DNA of 64,000 nucleotides from an uncultured Muribaculaceae bacterium (GTDB lineage Bacteria > Bacillota_I > Bacilli_A > RF39 > UBA660): NCBI GenBank assembly GCA_964630365.1, contig CAZVUP010000002.1, positions 10,188 to 74,187 of the forward strand. Direction: 5' to 3'. The notes beneath the pieces are model-generated. The model ran no database searches, was not told the DNA's origin, and was given only the letters and a program-made list of their open reading frames with translations. The position numbers and the translations under genes were made by a program. The first letter of the stretch is position 1; every line of letters starts with the position of its first letter. This document shows, piece after piece, positions 9,952 to 19,247 of this stretch.

Positions 9952-11244
9952 TTATTGATTGTTATTTTCTTTCTGAAAAGTTTTAACTCTATTTTTTTCA
10001 CTAACATCACCAAAATCAAGTGCTTCTCTAAATTGTTCACTAACTAACTCAAAATAATCTTTTTTATTCGTAGAAACCAAATCAAATATCTCTGTAAATG
10101 ATTTATCGATTAATAATTTTGGAGATAATGGATCAATTTCTTCTTCTAAAATTCCACTTCTAATATTCATTCTCTTTTGGAATTCTCTCAACTGATCTAC
10201 CGTAACACTTATAAACCCATTATTAGAAAATTCTGCTTCAAGTACAGAAATAACGTCTTCTATTTCTTCACTTGTTATATTAACACTTTTATATCCACCT
10301 AATTTTATATTTAACAAAGTATCTGTAACTTGCTGATGATTATTATCAACTCTTTGATATTTAACATTAATAACATCATCATACTTATAAATTTCTAAAA
10401 AGTGATGCTTCCTATATTCAGTCCAGCCACTAAAAACAATAGCTGAACTTGCTTTTCCTTCAGTTAACCCAGGGAAATTACTTATCCGCATATCTAGAGG
10501 CAAATACCTTCTAACATCATCCACACCCATATTTTCAAAACAAATACCAGAAAAGCTTTGACATAAACCCTTTTTATCAATATTAATAATTCCATATATA
10601 ACATTACCATCTTCAATAAAAGTATAATTGTCTCGCATACCATCAATTGGAATATAGTAATCGCCATAAGTATATAAATGCTCAAAATGTTTTGTATATA
10701 TACCATCTTTTTTAAATATTTTTGTTAACAATCTTTGGTTAGCTATTCTACCACTTCTAGTTTCTACATCTGTTGAATAAACAACAGAAAATTTAAATCC
10801 ATCTGTAGAACATAAATTAATATCATTTTTCCTCTCTCGTATAAAAGATAGCCCATAATCATCATAATTAAAAGTCATTTTTGTAATAATCGGCTTACTA
10901 GAATCTATCCAATATAGACTTTCTATCCTATAATCATTGCCAGTTATAATTACATTTATAAATTTAGTATCACCACCAAAAGAATTAAACAAATCAGCAT
11001 TTGCAGTATATTGAGATGAATACAAAATGTTATTCTTTGTATCCAACACTTCAATAGAAGGAATTTTAAAGTCAATACTTTTAATTACATAGTCATCTAG
11101 CCTAGAAGCATCTACTGAAATATTAAACAACTCAACCACATCCAGCAATGTTGCTGTCCCATCATTTCTTTCTCCTGTATAAAATTTATATCTCCTTTTT
11201 ATCTCTCTTCTTAAATAATCATTTCTTCTTGAGTGCATCAACAT
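9952..11244 (-). CDS. hypothetical protein; C-terminal P-x-L-x-IDKSFTE motif
   Basis: 430-aa ORF. C-terminal LSPKLLIDKSFTEIF parallels LQPGLVIDKSFTEKS of the neighbouring ORF. Confidence 0.5.
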   Translation of the reverse strand: MLMHSRRNDYLRREIKRRYKFYTGERNDGTATLLDVVELFNISVDASRLDDYVIKSIDFKIPSIEVLDTKNNILYSSQYTANADLFNSFGGDTKFINVIITGNDYRIESLYWIDSSKPIITKMTFNYDDYGLSFIRERKNDINLCSTDGFKFSVVYSTDVETRSGRIANQRLLTKIFKKDGIYTKHFEHLYTYGDYYIPIDGMRDNYTFIEDGNVIYGIINIDKKGLCQSFSGICFENMGVDDVRRYLPLDMRISNFPGLTEGKASSAIVFSGWTEYRKHHFLEIYKYDDVINVKYQRVDNNHQQVTDTLLNIKLGGYKSVNITSEEIEDVISVLEAEFSNNGFISVTVDQLREFQKRMNIRSGILEEEIDPLSPKLLIDKSFTEIFDLVSTNKKDYFELVSEQFREALDFGDVSEKNRVKTFQKENNNQ

Positions 11245-11322
11245 TCTCCTTTGTCATAGTATTATAGCATACATTTTTTACTTTTATACAATTAAATTAC
11301 AAAAATAACAATTATATTTGCA

Positions 11323-12441
11323 TCAACTATTACATTTAGAAATATTAAGTATAATTCCAATAGATGCCATTGATACAAGTAAAGAAGACCCACCATAAGA
11401 AAGAAATGGTAATGTAACCCCAGTAACTGGAATTAAGCCAACTACTACCATTAAATTCATAGTAGCTTGAAAAATCATCTGGAAAATAATACCAAATGAA
11501 AGATATTTTGCAAATTTATCATTACATTTACACGCAATCATTATTCCTCTATAAAATAACAAAGCAAAAAGACCAATCACAATAATAGAACCAACTATCC
11601 CAAACTCTTCTGCTATTACAGAAAAAATAAAATCAGTTTGTGGCTCTGGTAAATAAAAATGTTTCTGTACCGAATTTAAATATCCTGTACCGAGTAACCC
11701 ACTTGGCCCTATTGCATATAAACTTTGAATTATTTGAAATCCAGTTCCCAACTCATCACGCCAAGGATTAATAAAAGATGTAATTCTATCCATCCGATAA
11801 GGAGCTATTAAAATTAAACCGATTATCCCAGCAATTCCTAAAAGTCCACCATAAGCAAAAAATCTTAATGAAACTCCTGAAATAAAAAGAAGAGAAATAA
11901 TAGAAATGAACATAATTACTCCCGTACCTAAATCTGGTTGAAGCATAATTAATCCAAAAAACAATAAAACAATAAAAAGAATTGGAAAAATCCCTTTTAA
12001 ATAGTTTTTAATATATTTCTCACTATTTGCTAAATATTTACTCGTAAAAATTAATAAACTAAGCTTTGCAGCTTCACTAGGCTGAATACCTAAAGAACCA
12101 ATTCCAAACCAACTTCTACTACCATTTCTTACACTTCCTATACCTGGAATTAATACAAGAATAAGCAATATAAATGATACTAAAAGTATTATATTAGAAT
12201 ATTTATAATAAATCTTATAATCTAATTTTGAAATATACATCATTACTATCAATCCAATAAAAAAAAATATAGTTTGATACTTTAAATAATGAAAAGAATC
12301 ATTAAATTTATAAGCCGCCCAAACGCTTGAAGAAGAATATATCATTATTAACCCAAATAACGCTAAAGAAATAACTGTAAGAAATAATATTTTATCCGTC
12401 TTCTGCATATTATCACCTAATAAATTATATTTACAAAACAA
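11323..12441 (-). CDS. ftsW: SEDS family peptidoglycan polymerase (FtsW/SpoVE/RodA)
   Basis: 10-TM protein with the SEDS motif PSEAAKLSLLIF. Positioned after mraY, as spoVE/ftsW is in Bacillus. Confidence 0.85.
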   Translation of the reverse strand: MFCKYNLLGDNMQKTDKILFLTVISLALFGLIMIYSSSSVWAAYKFNDSFHYLKYQTIFFFIGLIVMMYISKLDYKIYYKYSNIILLVSFILLILVLIPGIGSVRNGSRSWFGIGSLGIQPSEAAKLSLLIFTSKYLANSEKYIKNYLKGIFPILFIVLLFFGLIMLQPDLGTGVIMFISIISLLFISGVSLRFFAYGGLLGIAGIIGLILIAPYRMDRITSFINPWRDELGTGFQIIQSLYAIGPSGLLGTGYLNSVQKHFYLPEPQTDFIFSVIAEEFGIVGSIIVIGLFALLFYRGIMIACKCNDKFAKYLSFGIIFQMIFQATMNLMVVVGLIPVTGVTLPFLSYGGSSLLVSMASIGIILNISKCNS

Positions 12442-12462
12442 AAAAAAAGAACAAATTGTTCT

Positions 12463-13443
12463 TTATACCCAAACTCCAAAAATAATACCTGCCATAGCTA
12501 AGATCAAGCCCATAACCCAAAATAATTTAACTATGTCTGTTTCAGCCCAACCAAGTTTTTCAAAATGATGATGAAGTGGTGTCATTAAAAATAGTTTTCT
12601 ATGTAATACTTGTACCCAAAATGTTTGAATAATTACACTAAGTGTTTCAACAACAAAGACTGAGGCAACTACAAGTAGAGTCAATTCTCTATGTGTAAGT
12701 ATTGCGATAGCTCCCATAACAGCACCAAGCGCTAATGACCCTGTATCACCCATAAAAACTTTAGCTGGATATGTATTATATATTAAAAATCCAATTAATG
12801 AACCGACTAATATCAAACTAAAAATACCAATATCTTCAAAGCCAACAGACAATGAAATTAGAGAAAATGCAATAAAAGCAATAGCCGATAAACCACCTGC
12901 TAAACCATCTAAACCATCAGTTAAATTTACAGCATTACTGGCACCTACTAAAATAAATAGTATTGCTAAACCATATAGCCAGCCAAATTCCAAATCAATA
13001 TGAAGTGTTCCAACAACCCAAGCTGTTTGTCCACCACTACGCATATAAATATAGAAAAAACCAATTGCAATTAAAACTTGCATAAATAATTTTTGATATG
13101 TCGTTAATCCTTCATTATTACCTTTTCTAACTGATAAAAAGTCATCTAAAAAACCTATCGCAGAATATCCCAAAAAAACTAATAAAACAATACCTAAATT
13201 AGATGTATAAGATATTTTATCAGTAATAATCAATGCCATAGTAGCAACAATAGTTGGAATAATAAAAATCAAGCCACCCATAGTTGGAGTTCCTTCTTTT
13301 TTTCGATGTGCTTCTCCAACAAAGATCGATATTTTTTGACCAACTCGCAATTTTTTTAATATTGGTAAAAGTAATAACCCTAATACAGTTGAAGATAAAA
13401 AACCAATCATAATAGCAAAAATTGCTTTAGTTAAAAGTAGCAT
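12463..13443 (-). CDS. mraY: phospho-N-acetylmuramoyl-pentapeptide transferase
   Basis: PTMGG, NAVNLTDGLDGLAGG and FMGDTGSLALG motifs characteristic of MraY. Confidence 0.9.
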   Translation of the reverse strand: MLLLTKAIFAIMIGFLSSTVLGLLLLPILKKLRVGQKISIFVGEAHRKKEGTPTMGGLIFIIPTIVATMALIITDKISYTSNLGIVLLVFLGYSAIGFLDDFLSVRKGNNEGLTTYQKLFMQVLIAIGFFYIYMRSGGQTAWVVGTLHIDLEFGWLYGLAILFILVGASNAVNLTDGLDGLAGGLSAIAFIAFSLISLSVGFEDIGIFSLILVGSLIGFLIYNTYPAKVFMGDTGSLALGAVMGAIAILTHRELTLLVVASVFVVETLSVIIQTFWVQVLHRKLFLMTPLHHHFEKLGWAETDIVKLFWVMGLILAMAGIIFGVWV

Positions 13444-13522
13444 TTTATCACTCCATTCCTCTGATTCATTATATCATAATTAATTATTTATTATTCCAAA
13501 TAATCAAAAATTGGCACTAACT

Positions 13523-15094
13523 TTACATTGGATATTCGCCTCTTTTTAATACCCTAGCATTATTTCGTTCTAATTCTTTCTCTTGTTGTTCTTTTACTAA
13601 TTCCATCTCATATTCTTTTTCACGAAGATTATCTTTTATTTTTTGTAAATTAGCAATCAATTCATCACACTCTTTAACTACACCAATATAATCCTTAAAT
13701 CTATCTTTAATTTCATACATCATTTTATCAATTTGCTTACTAGTCTTACCTAATAACCTTGTAGCATCATCAATTGCTTCAATACTATGTTCAATTTGAC
13801 TACTATAATCACGAACCGTTACAACTTTAATCTTCCTACTTTTTGTTTTAGGTTTTATAACATTATTAATAAAATATAAATATGAAGCAGCAGCCATTGT
13901 AAATGCCTTAGCACTCCTAACACCAGGAATAAACATCTGTAATGTAAGTAAACTAAGTAATCTTCTACTCTGTAAACTCATTGCTTCAACTTCAACTTCA
14001 ACTCTTTCAGTAACACTCATACTTTTAGAAACTTTATCTCTAATTTCAGCTAATAATTGCTCTTGTTCTTCTTGAAATTTAGCTAAAGTGTTATTTATCC
14101 TATCAACATCATAATATTTTTCTTTTAAATGGTCAAAATCTTCTTCCCTTTCTTCAAAATTCTCTTTCTTTTTTTCAAGTCGCTTATTTAATTTTTCTTT
14201 TTCCTTATCTAATTCATCTAATTTTTCAGATATTAAGATATAAAGAGGAGAATCTTTTAATTCCTTAACTGTTTTGCCATATTTAAATTCTTGTAAATAA
14301 CCTTCAATTAAAATATAAATATAATTAGCATCATATTTATCTAAATCTTCTATTCTTATCTTATTCTTTAAGTCACCAATTTTTTTAATAATATCATTTA
14401 ATTTATCGATTAGATCTTGAACCTCATCACTCATTATGACTTCATTTTCTTGATCTACTAAAACGTTATATTTAAAAACTAATTGTCTTAAATCATAACG
14501 AATATTTTTAAGTTCTCTCTCATATTCTTCTATTAATTTTCGAGATTTTAAATCATGTAATTTTTTCTGAGTTCCCAATTGTAAAGGAAAAGAATAATCA
14601 ATAGGTGTTTCAAAATCTAAAATTCTTGGTTCTTTTTTCCTGCTAATTTCAGGCGCTACTGAATCTCTGTTATCTTTTTCAACAACTACTTCACTATCAG
14701 ACTCATGAGATACCGAAATTAAATCAAGTATACTATTTCTTTCTTTAGGAACTCTAACCCTAATTCTGTTGCCTTCTTTAGTAGTAATAATCTTAGTTTC
14801 TACATCGTTTTTAGGGGGAATACCAGCTTCATAATCACTAACAATAAAATGATTTTCATCGTCAGAATTATTATTCTTATTACCACCAGTAATAGTTTTT
14901 ATTGTTCCCCCTAAAACTATAATTGGTAAAGTTTTAACCAGAGTATAAATTTGTTGTTTTCTAACTTCTTTTTCCAGTTCTCTTAACTGTTCTTCCTGAG
15001 CTATTTCTTGAAGTTTTTTCTGTTGTTTTTTCTTTATTCTTAATACTCGACGGCGATCATTTTTGCCACCCCTAGCACCAATTGTTTCATTCAT
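13523..15094 (-). CDS. uncharacterized Lys/Glu-rich coiled-coil protein
   Basis: 523-aa ORF with long heptad-like K/E/L-rich stretches and a basic N-terminus. Sits between the split PBP gene and mraY. Confidence 0.5.
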   Translation of the reverse strand: MNETIGARGGKNDRRRVLRIKKKQQKKLQEIAQEEQLRELEKEVRKQQIYTLVKTLPIIVLGGTIKTITGGNKNNNSDDENHFIVSDYEAGIPPKNDVETKIITTKEGNRIRVRVPKERNSILDLISVSHESDSEVVVEKDNRDSVAPEISRKKEPRILDFETPIDYSFPLQLGTQKKLHDLKSRKLIEEYERELKNIRYDLRQLVFKYNVLVDQENEVIMSDEVQDLIDKLNDIIKKIGDLKNKIRIEDLDKYDANYIYILIEGYLQEFKYGKTVKELKDSPLYILISEKLDELDKEKEKLNKRLEKKKENFEEREEDFDHLKEKYYDVDRINNTLAKFQEEQEQLLAEIRDKVSKSMSVTERVEVEVEAMSLQSRRLLSLLTLQMFIPGVRSAKAFTMAAASYLYFINNVIKPKTKSRKIKVVTVRDYSSQIEHSIEAIDDATRLLGKTSKQIDKMMYEIKDRFKDYIGVVKECDELIANLQKIKDNLREKEYEMELVKEQQEKELERNNARVLKRGEYPM

Positions 15095-15132
15095 AAAGTA
15101 TCACCAAAATAATTTTAACATACTTTTATGTA

Positions 15133-15783
15133 TTATTTAAGAAAAAGTCTTACTTTACTGCCATCTTCTACTTTTTGAAAGGCAGCAGGTGCTTGTTCAA
15201 AAACTATTTCTCCTGAACCTTCAACAACAACTTCAAAATTACCTAATTCTTTTTTAGCCTCCTGAATACTTTTTCCAACTACATTGGGAACAATATATGT
15301 AACTTTATCATTCCATTCTAAATCTTTTTCTAGCCCATTATCTTGCTTTTCAATTTTTAATGCGTCAATTATATCCAACAAAATTCTTCTCGCAATTGGT
15401 GCAGTTGTATAACTAGATAACATGGCTGTATTCTTAGGATTATCAATAGCTAAATATAAAACTGCTTCCGGATCATTTGATGGAACTACAGCCATAAAAG
15501 ACATTATATAATTATTAACTAAATAATGACCATTTTCTTGTTTTTGAGCAGTACCAGTTTTACCACCTATTCTATAACCATCTATATAAGCACTTTTTCC
15601 TCCACCTTTAGCAACAACACTCTCAAGAGCATATCGCATAATTGCTGATGTTTTAGAACTGACAACTTTTCTCCTCAAAATTGTCTTATATTCTTTAACT
15701 ACTGTATTTGTATTATCGCTTATATCTTTAACAATATGAGGTTTATACAAATATCCTCCATTAACAACAGCCGATACAGCCAT
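15133..15783 (-). CDS. class B PBP (SpoVD-like), 3' portion of a gene split by an inserted element: KTG motif plus one PASTA domain
   Basis: AVSAVVNGGYLYKP and GGKTGTAQ transpeptidase motifs. C-terminal PASTA (VPNVVGKSIQEAKKELG). Upstream in frame: stop-TPLQQV-MAV. Confidence 0.8.
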   Translation of the reverse strand: MAVSAVVNGGYLYKPHIVKDISDNTNTVVKEYKTILRRKVVSSKTSAIMRYALESVVAKGGGKSAYIDGYRIGGKTGTAQKQENGHYLVNNYIMSFMAVVPSNDPEAVLYLAIDNPKNTAMLSSYTTAPIARRILLDIIDALKIEKQDNGLEKDLEWNDKVTYIVPNVVGKSIQEAKKELGNFEVVVEGSGEIVFEQAPAAFQKVEDGSKVRLFLK

Positions 15784-17428
15784 TACCTGTTGTAACGGGG
15801 TCTAATAAATGAAACTTTTTGCCTAAATTATCAGAAGTAGTATATACACTTTCTCCTGTCTTAATAAAAATATCCAATTTAATTTGTTTATCACTTTGTT
15901 TATGAACTATTATTCTATCTATTATCTCATTAAATATATCACTATAACATTTATCATCTTCTAAGCATTTTTCTAATGCATTCTTTATTTCACTAATTTT
16001 GTTTTCAATATTATTTTTATCTTTTTTATTACTTTTTAATTCATTCATTTTTGTTTGATAAATAGTTAAATCTTCATTAATTAAATCTACTTGCTTTTTG
16101 TAGTCTTCTTTAGATAAGTACTCTTCCATAACAAGTTCTAGTAGTTTATCTTTTTTATTATTTAAAACTATTATTTTAGATTCTAAATTTTTTATTTCTA
16201 TTTCATTATTATTAGTTTCTAAATAATTCTTACATTCGCTTAATATTTCATCAAAGATATTATTTCTTCTTTTAAATAGTATATTAAACACATCTTTAAA
16301 TACTTCATCCAATTCAAGTTCAAATACTCTAGGATTAGAACAACCTTTTAAACTTTCACGCCTATAAACTTGGCATTCCCATACAGGATTATTCTTTCTC
16401 TTACCAGCACTTGATCTGTGATATGTAAGATTATGACAGCCGCAATATATTTTTCCTGAATAAGTATATCTATTTTGAAATACTGCTTTATTAATAGTAC
16501 GATTGGTAAAACTATCTTGTCTCTCTTTTAATTTAACATTAGCTCGTTCCCATAATTCTTCAGATACTATTGGTGGAACATTATCATAGTCCTTATAAAC
16601 AATCCAATCAGATTCATTTAATCTTTTCTTTTGTTTAGTACGATAATCTAATACTTTTGATTTATGTCCACAATAATATCCTTTATATTTAGGATTTTCT
16701 ATAATTCTTGTAAGTATTGTTGTATCTATTCTTTTGCCAGTTTTACTTTTATAACCTAAACTATAAAGATATCTTGATACTTTAGATAATCCATCAGTAG
16801 TATTAGCATATCTATTAAATATTATTTTAATCATTTCTGCTTGTGCTTCATCTATTACTAATTTTCCTTTATCTTTTACATAACCATAAATATTAGAACA
16901 TCCTAACACTACACCATTATCAATACTTCTCTTCATCCCAAATGAAACTCTTTCAGAAAGTCTCCTAACTTCATCTTGAGCAATTGAAGACATCATTGTA
17001 AGTCTGAGTTCAGAATCAGGTAATATCGTATTAATATTATCATTTAAGAAATATACACCAACACCATTAGATAATAGTTCTTGTGTATAGATAATACTAT
17101 CTAGTGTACTTCTTGAAAATCTTGATATTTCTTTAGTTAAGATTAAATCAAACTTATGTTTTTTAGCGTCTTCAATCATTCTTAGAAATTCTTCACGTTT
17201 TTTAACTTGTGTTCCTGATATTCCTTCATCAATATATGAACCTATAAATTCCCAGTTAGGAACTTTACTAATATAATCATTAAAGAAAGATATTTGATTA
17301 GATAAAGAATGTAATTGCTCATCTTTATCAGTAGATACTCTTGCATAAAAACATACTTTCAAATTTAATTCTTGTAATGGAACACCTTTCATAATATTAT
17401 TCCTAACTGTATATAGGTCCATAATCAC
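15761..17428 (-). CDS. large serine recombinase (SpoIVCA/CisA/phage-integrase type)
   Basis: Resolvase N-domain with catalytic Ser context (FYARVSTDKDEQLHSLSNQ). Recombinase domain. Zn-ribbon (CGCHNLTYH...WECQVYRRESLKGC). C-terminal coiled coil. Its last 23 nt overlap the PBP 3' piece. Confidence 0.9.
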   Translation of the reverse strand: MIMDLYTVRNNIMKGVPLQELNLKVCFYARVSTDKDEQLHSLSNQISFFNDYISKVPNWEFIGSYIDEGISGTQVKKREEFLRMIEDAKKHKFDLILTKEISRFSRSTLDSIIYTQELLSNGVGVYFLNDNINTILPDSELRLTMMSSIAQDEVRRLSERVSFGMKRSIDNGVVLGCSNIYGYVKDKGKLVIDEAQAEMIKIIFNRYANTTDGLSKVSRYLYSLGYKSKTGKRIDTTILTRIIENPKYKGYYCGHKSKVLDYRTKQKKRLNESDWIVYKDYDNVPPIVSEELWERANVKLKERQDSFTNRTINKAVFQNRYTYSGKIYCGCHNLTYHRSSAGKRKNNPVWECQVYRRESLKGCSNPRVFELELDEVFKDVFNILFKRRNNIFDEILSECKNYLETNNNEIEIKNLESKIIVLNNKKDKLLELVMEEYLSKEDYKKQVDLINEDLTIYQTKMNELKSNKKDKNNIENKISEIKNALEKCLEDDKCYSDIFNEIIDRIIVHKQSDKQIKLDIFIKTGESVYTTSDNLGKKFHLLDPVTTGNGCIGCC

Positions 17429-17433
17429 ACCTC

Positions 17434-17640
17434 CTAAGTTAATAGTTTATAATTATTTAAATCATTTATATATTTATCATCAATTTTACTTTTTTCTATC
17501 TCAATTTTATTTAATAATTTATTAATACAAAAATTATACATTCCATCATCTATAATATTTCTTCCTTTTAAATATTCAAGTAATTTAATACTTGTTTCTA
17601 TTTCAATTATTCTAGATGGAACTTTATCAATACTCTCCAT
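17434..17640 (-). CDS. small hypothetical protein (68 aa) immediately upstream of and co-oriented with the recombinase
   Basis: ORF ends 6 nt before the recombinase start. No motif recognised. Confidence 0.35.
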   Translation of the reverse strand: MESIDKVPSRIIEIETSIKLLEYLKGRNIIDDGMYNFCINKLLNKIEIEKSKIDDKYINDLNNYKLLT

Positions 17641-17685
17641 ATACTTTGTCCTTTCTTTTAAGTTTATTTTTAAAAAAACTAAAAA

Positions 17686-17707
17686 AGAACTTAAGGCATT
17701 AAGTTCT
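17686..17707 (-). terminator. hairpin terminator
   Basis: AGAACTTAA ggca TTAAGTTCT perfect 9-bp stem followed by a T-run on the minus strand. Confidence 0.35.
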
Positions 17708-17811
17708 ACAAAAAATTTGAAAACTTAAATACCACAAAGGACAAAATTAGACTAAATCATCATTTGAAATAAATTAAGTTTTCAAATAACAATTTAGTTC
17801 TTATTCAATAA

Positions 17812-18237
17812 TTAATATTTTATAATTTTTCTAGCTATTTCATAGCCATCAATATTATCAGGTAATAATTCATCATGTTCTAGTACTAAGAATAATTCTG
17901 CAATTACATCTTCCTTTTCTTTAAATGATAATCTTTCAAATATTCGTATCATCTTTTTATATTCTTTTGGATAAAGACGATAAAGATTATAATTATAGTT
18001 CCCATACTCATTAATCTCATTAACTAAATAAGGATAATCAATACTACTTGGATTAAATACTTCTATATCAATACTATCATCAAGTAAACTAGGATTAACC
18101 TCACTTAAACTATTAATTTGATCTCTATCCCATAAGTTAAAAACATAGCTAATAAATTTTAGTTTATTTTCTTTATCAAGTTCATTTATTTTTAAAACTA
18201 ATTCTTTTACTTCATTACTTGTATTTCTTAAATACAT
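17812..18237 (-). CDS. hypothetical protein (141 aa), element cargo
   Basis: ORF only. No motif recognised. Confidence 0.4.
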   Translation of the reverse strand: MYLRNTSNEVKELVLKINELDKENKLKFISYVFNLWDRDQINSLSEVNPSLLDDSIDIEVFNPSSIDYPYLVNEINEYGNYNYNLYRLYPKEYKKMIRIFERLSFKEKEDVIAELFLVLEHDELLPDNIDGYEIARKIIKY

Positions 18238-18480
18238 ATTAAAGGCACTCCTTCATCTTCAATTTAAGCCATTTTAAGAGACTTTATTTTTTATACTAAT
18301 AACCGATTAAGATTAATATCAAAGTCCCTTATTTCTTAAATTAAGTATCAACAAATTAAAATTTAGTTTTAATATTTATCACTTAAAAAAATAAATTTTG
18401 CAATAGTTTTTTTTAAATTTTTTTAATTTATTTTCTAATCTTATTACCATAATATTTTTCCTCCTTCCATTTTAAATTCA

Positions 18481-18678
18481 TTATCTTTTTTCATATCTTT
18501 CTATATAAGATCTATATCCTAGTTCTAATAAATAGATAAACATTTTATTCATACTAAAATTATTTTTAATTGCTAAAAGCTGTATTCTAGTTTTTAAATT
18601 ATTATCTATTCTTAGAGTGATTCTTTCAGTACATCTCATAAATTTTTTCCTCCATTCTTTAAAATATAGAGTAGCCAC
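18481..18678 (-). CDS. putative ribbon-helix-helix (CopG/Arc-like) DNA-binding protein
   Basis: 65 aa. RITLRIDNNLKTRIQLLAIKNNFSMNKMFIYLLELGY fits a beta-strand plus two-helix RHH fold. GTG start lies inside a copy of the repeated motif. Confidence 0.4.
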   Translation of the reverse strand: MATLYFKEWRKKFMRCTERITLRIDNNLKTRIQLLAIKNNFSMNKMFIYLLELGYRSYIERYEKR

Positions 18679-18930
18679 TTTTCACTTTTTTTAGGTATTT
18701 TTTAGGTAAAAAGACTTGCATTTTTTTAATGGGCATAAGGAGAATGCACCACAAACTTATATTTATCTTATAAAATAAAGCAAATATAGTGGTGTCATTA
18801 CTATTTTTGCACTTGCAAAAATGACTACTTTTATAGTAGTAAGTGGCTACTCATATACAAACCATCCTTTTATACCAACAAAAAAAAGTGGCTACTCTTT
18901 CTCTTAAAAGTGCCCACTCATGACTATTTC
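18667..18930. repeat. four copies of a 12-13 bp motif AAGTGGCTACTC (one inverted at the RHH gene start, three direct upstream)
   Basis: Copies at 18671-18686 (minus), 18846-18860, 18888-18902 and a variant AAGTGCCCACTC at 18912-18926. Confidence 0.55.
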
Positions 18931-19247
18931 ATTAAAAATATGTGCTTCCAATACTTTTTAATTAATAAAACCATCTCCCTCCAATGAAAAAAAGAGAAGA
19001 TTATAGTTCTTCTCCATATAATTTTTTCATATCATACACTATTATAACTATTCACAAACACAAGTCAAGCTCATTTTGTGTCCAATTCATGTCATACTAT
19101 GTACAATTTATGTCGCAAAAAAATGCATGTTTTCTTCACAATTCTTGCATATTTTACTATATTATACTACTTGACAATATGAAGTCAAGCCGATTTTGGT
19201 CTGGATTTGGACTTATTTGATCCGTTTTTGGTATGATTTGTGTTTTG

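Noticed and set aside
9382-10706. Short ORFs 9382..9588 (+) and 10494..10706 (-) inside the two hypothetical genes
   Set aside because: Embedded within longer ORFs, with hydrophobic low-complexity translations typical of AT-rich off-frame reads.
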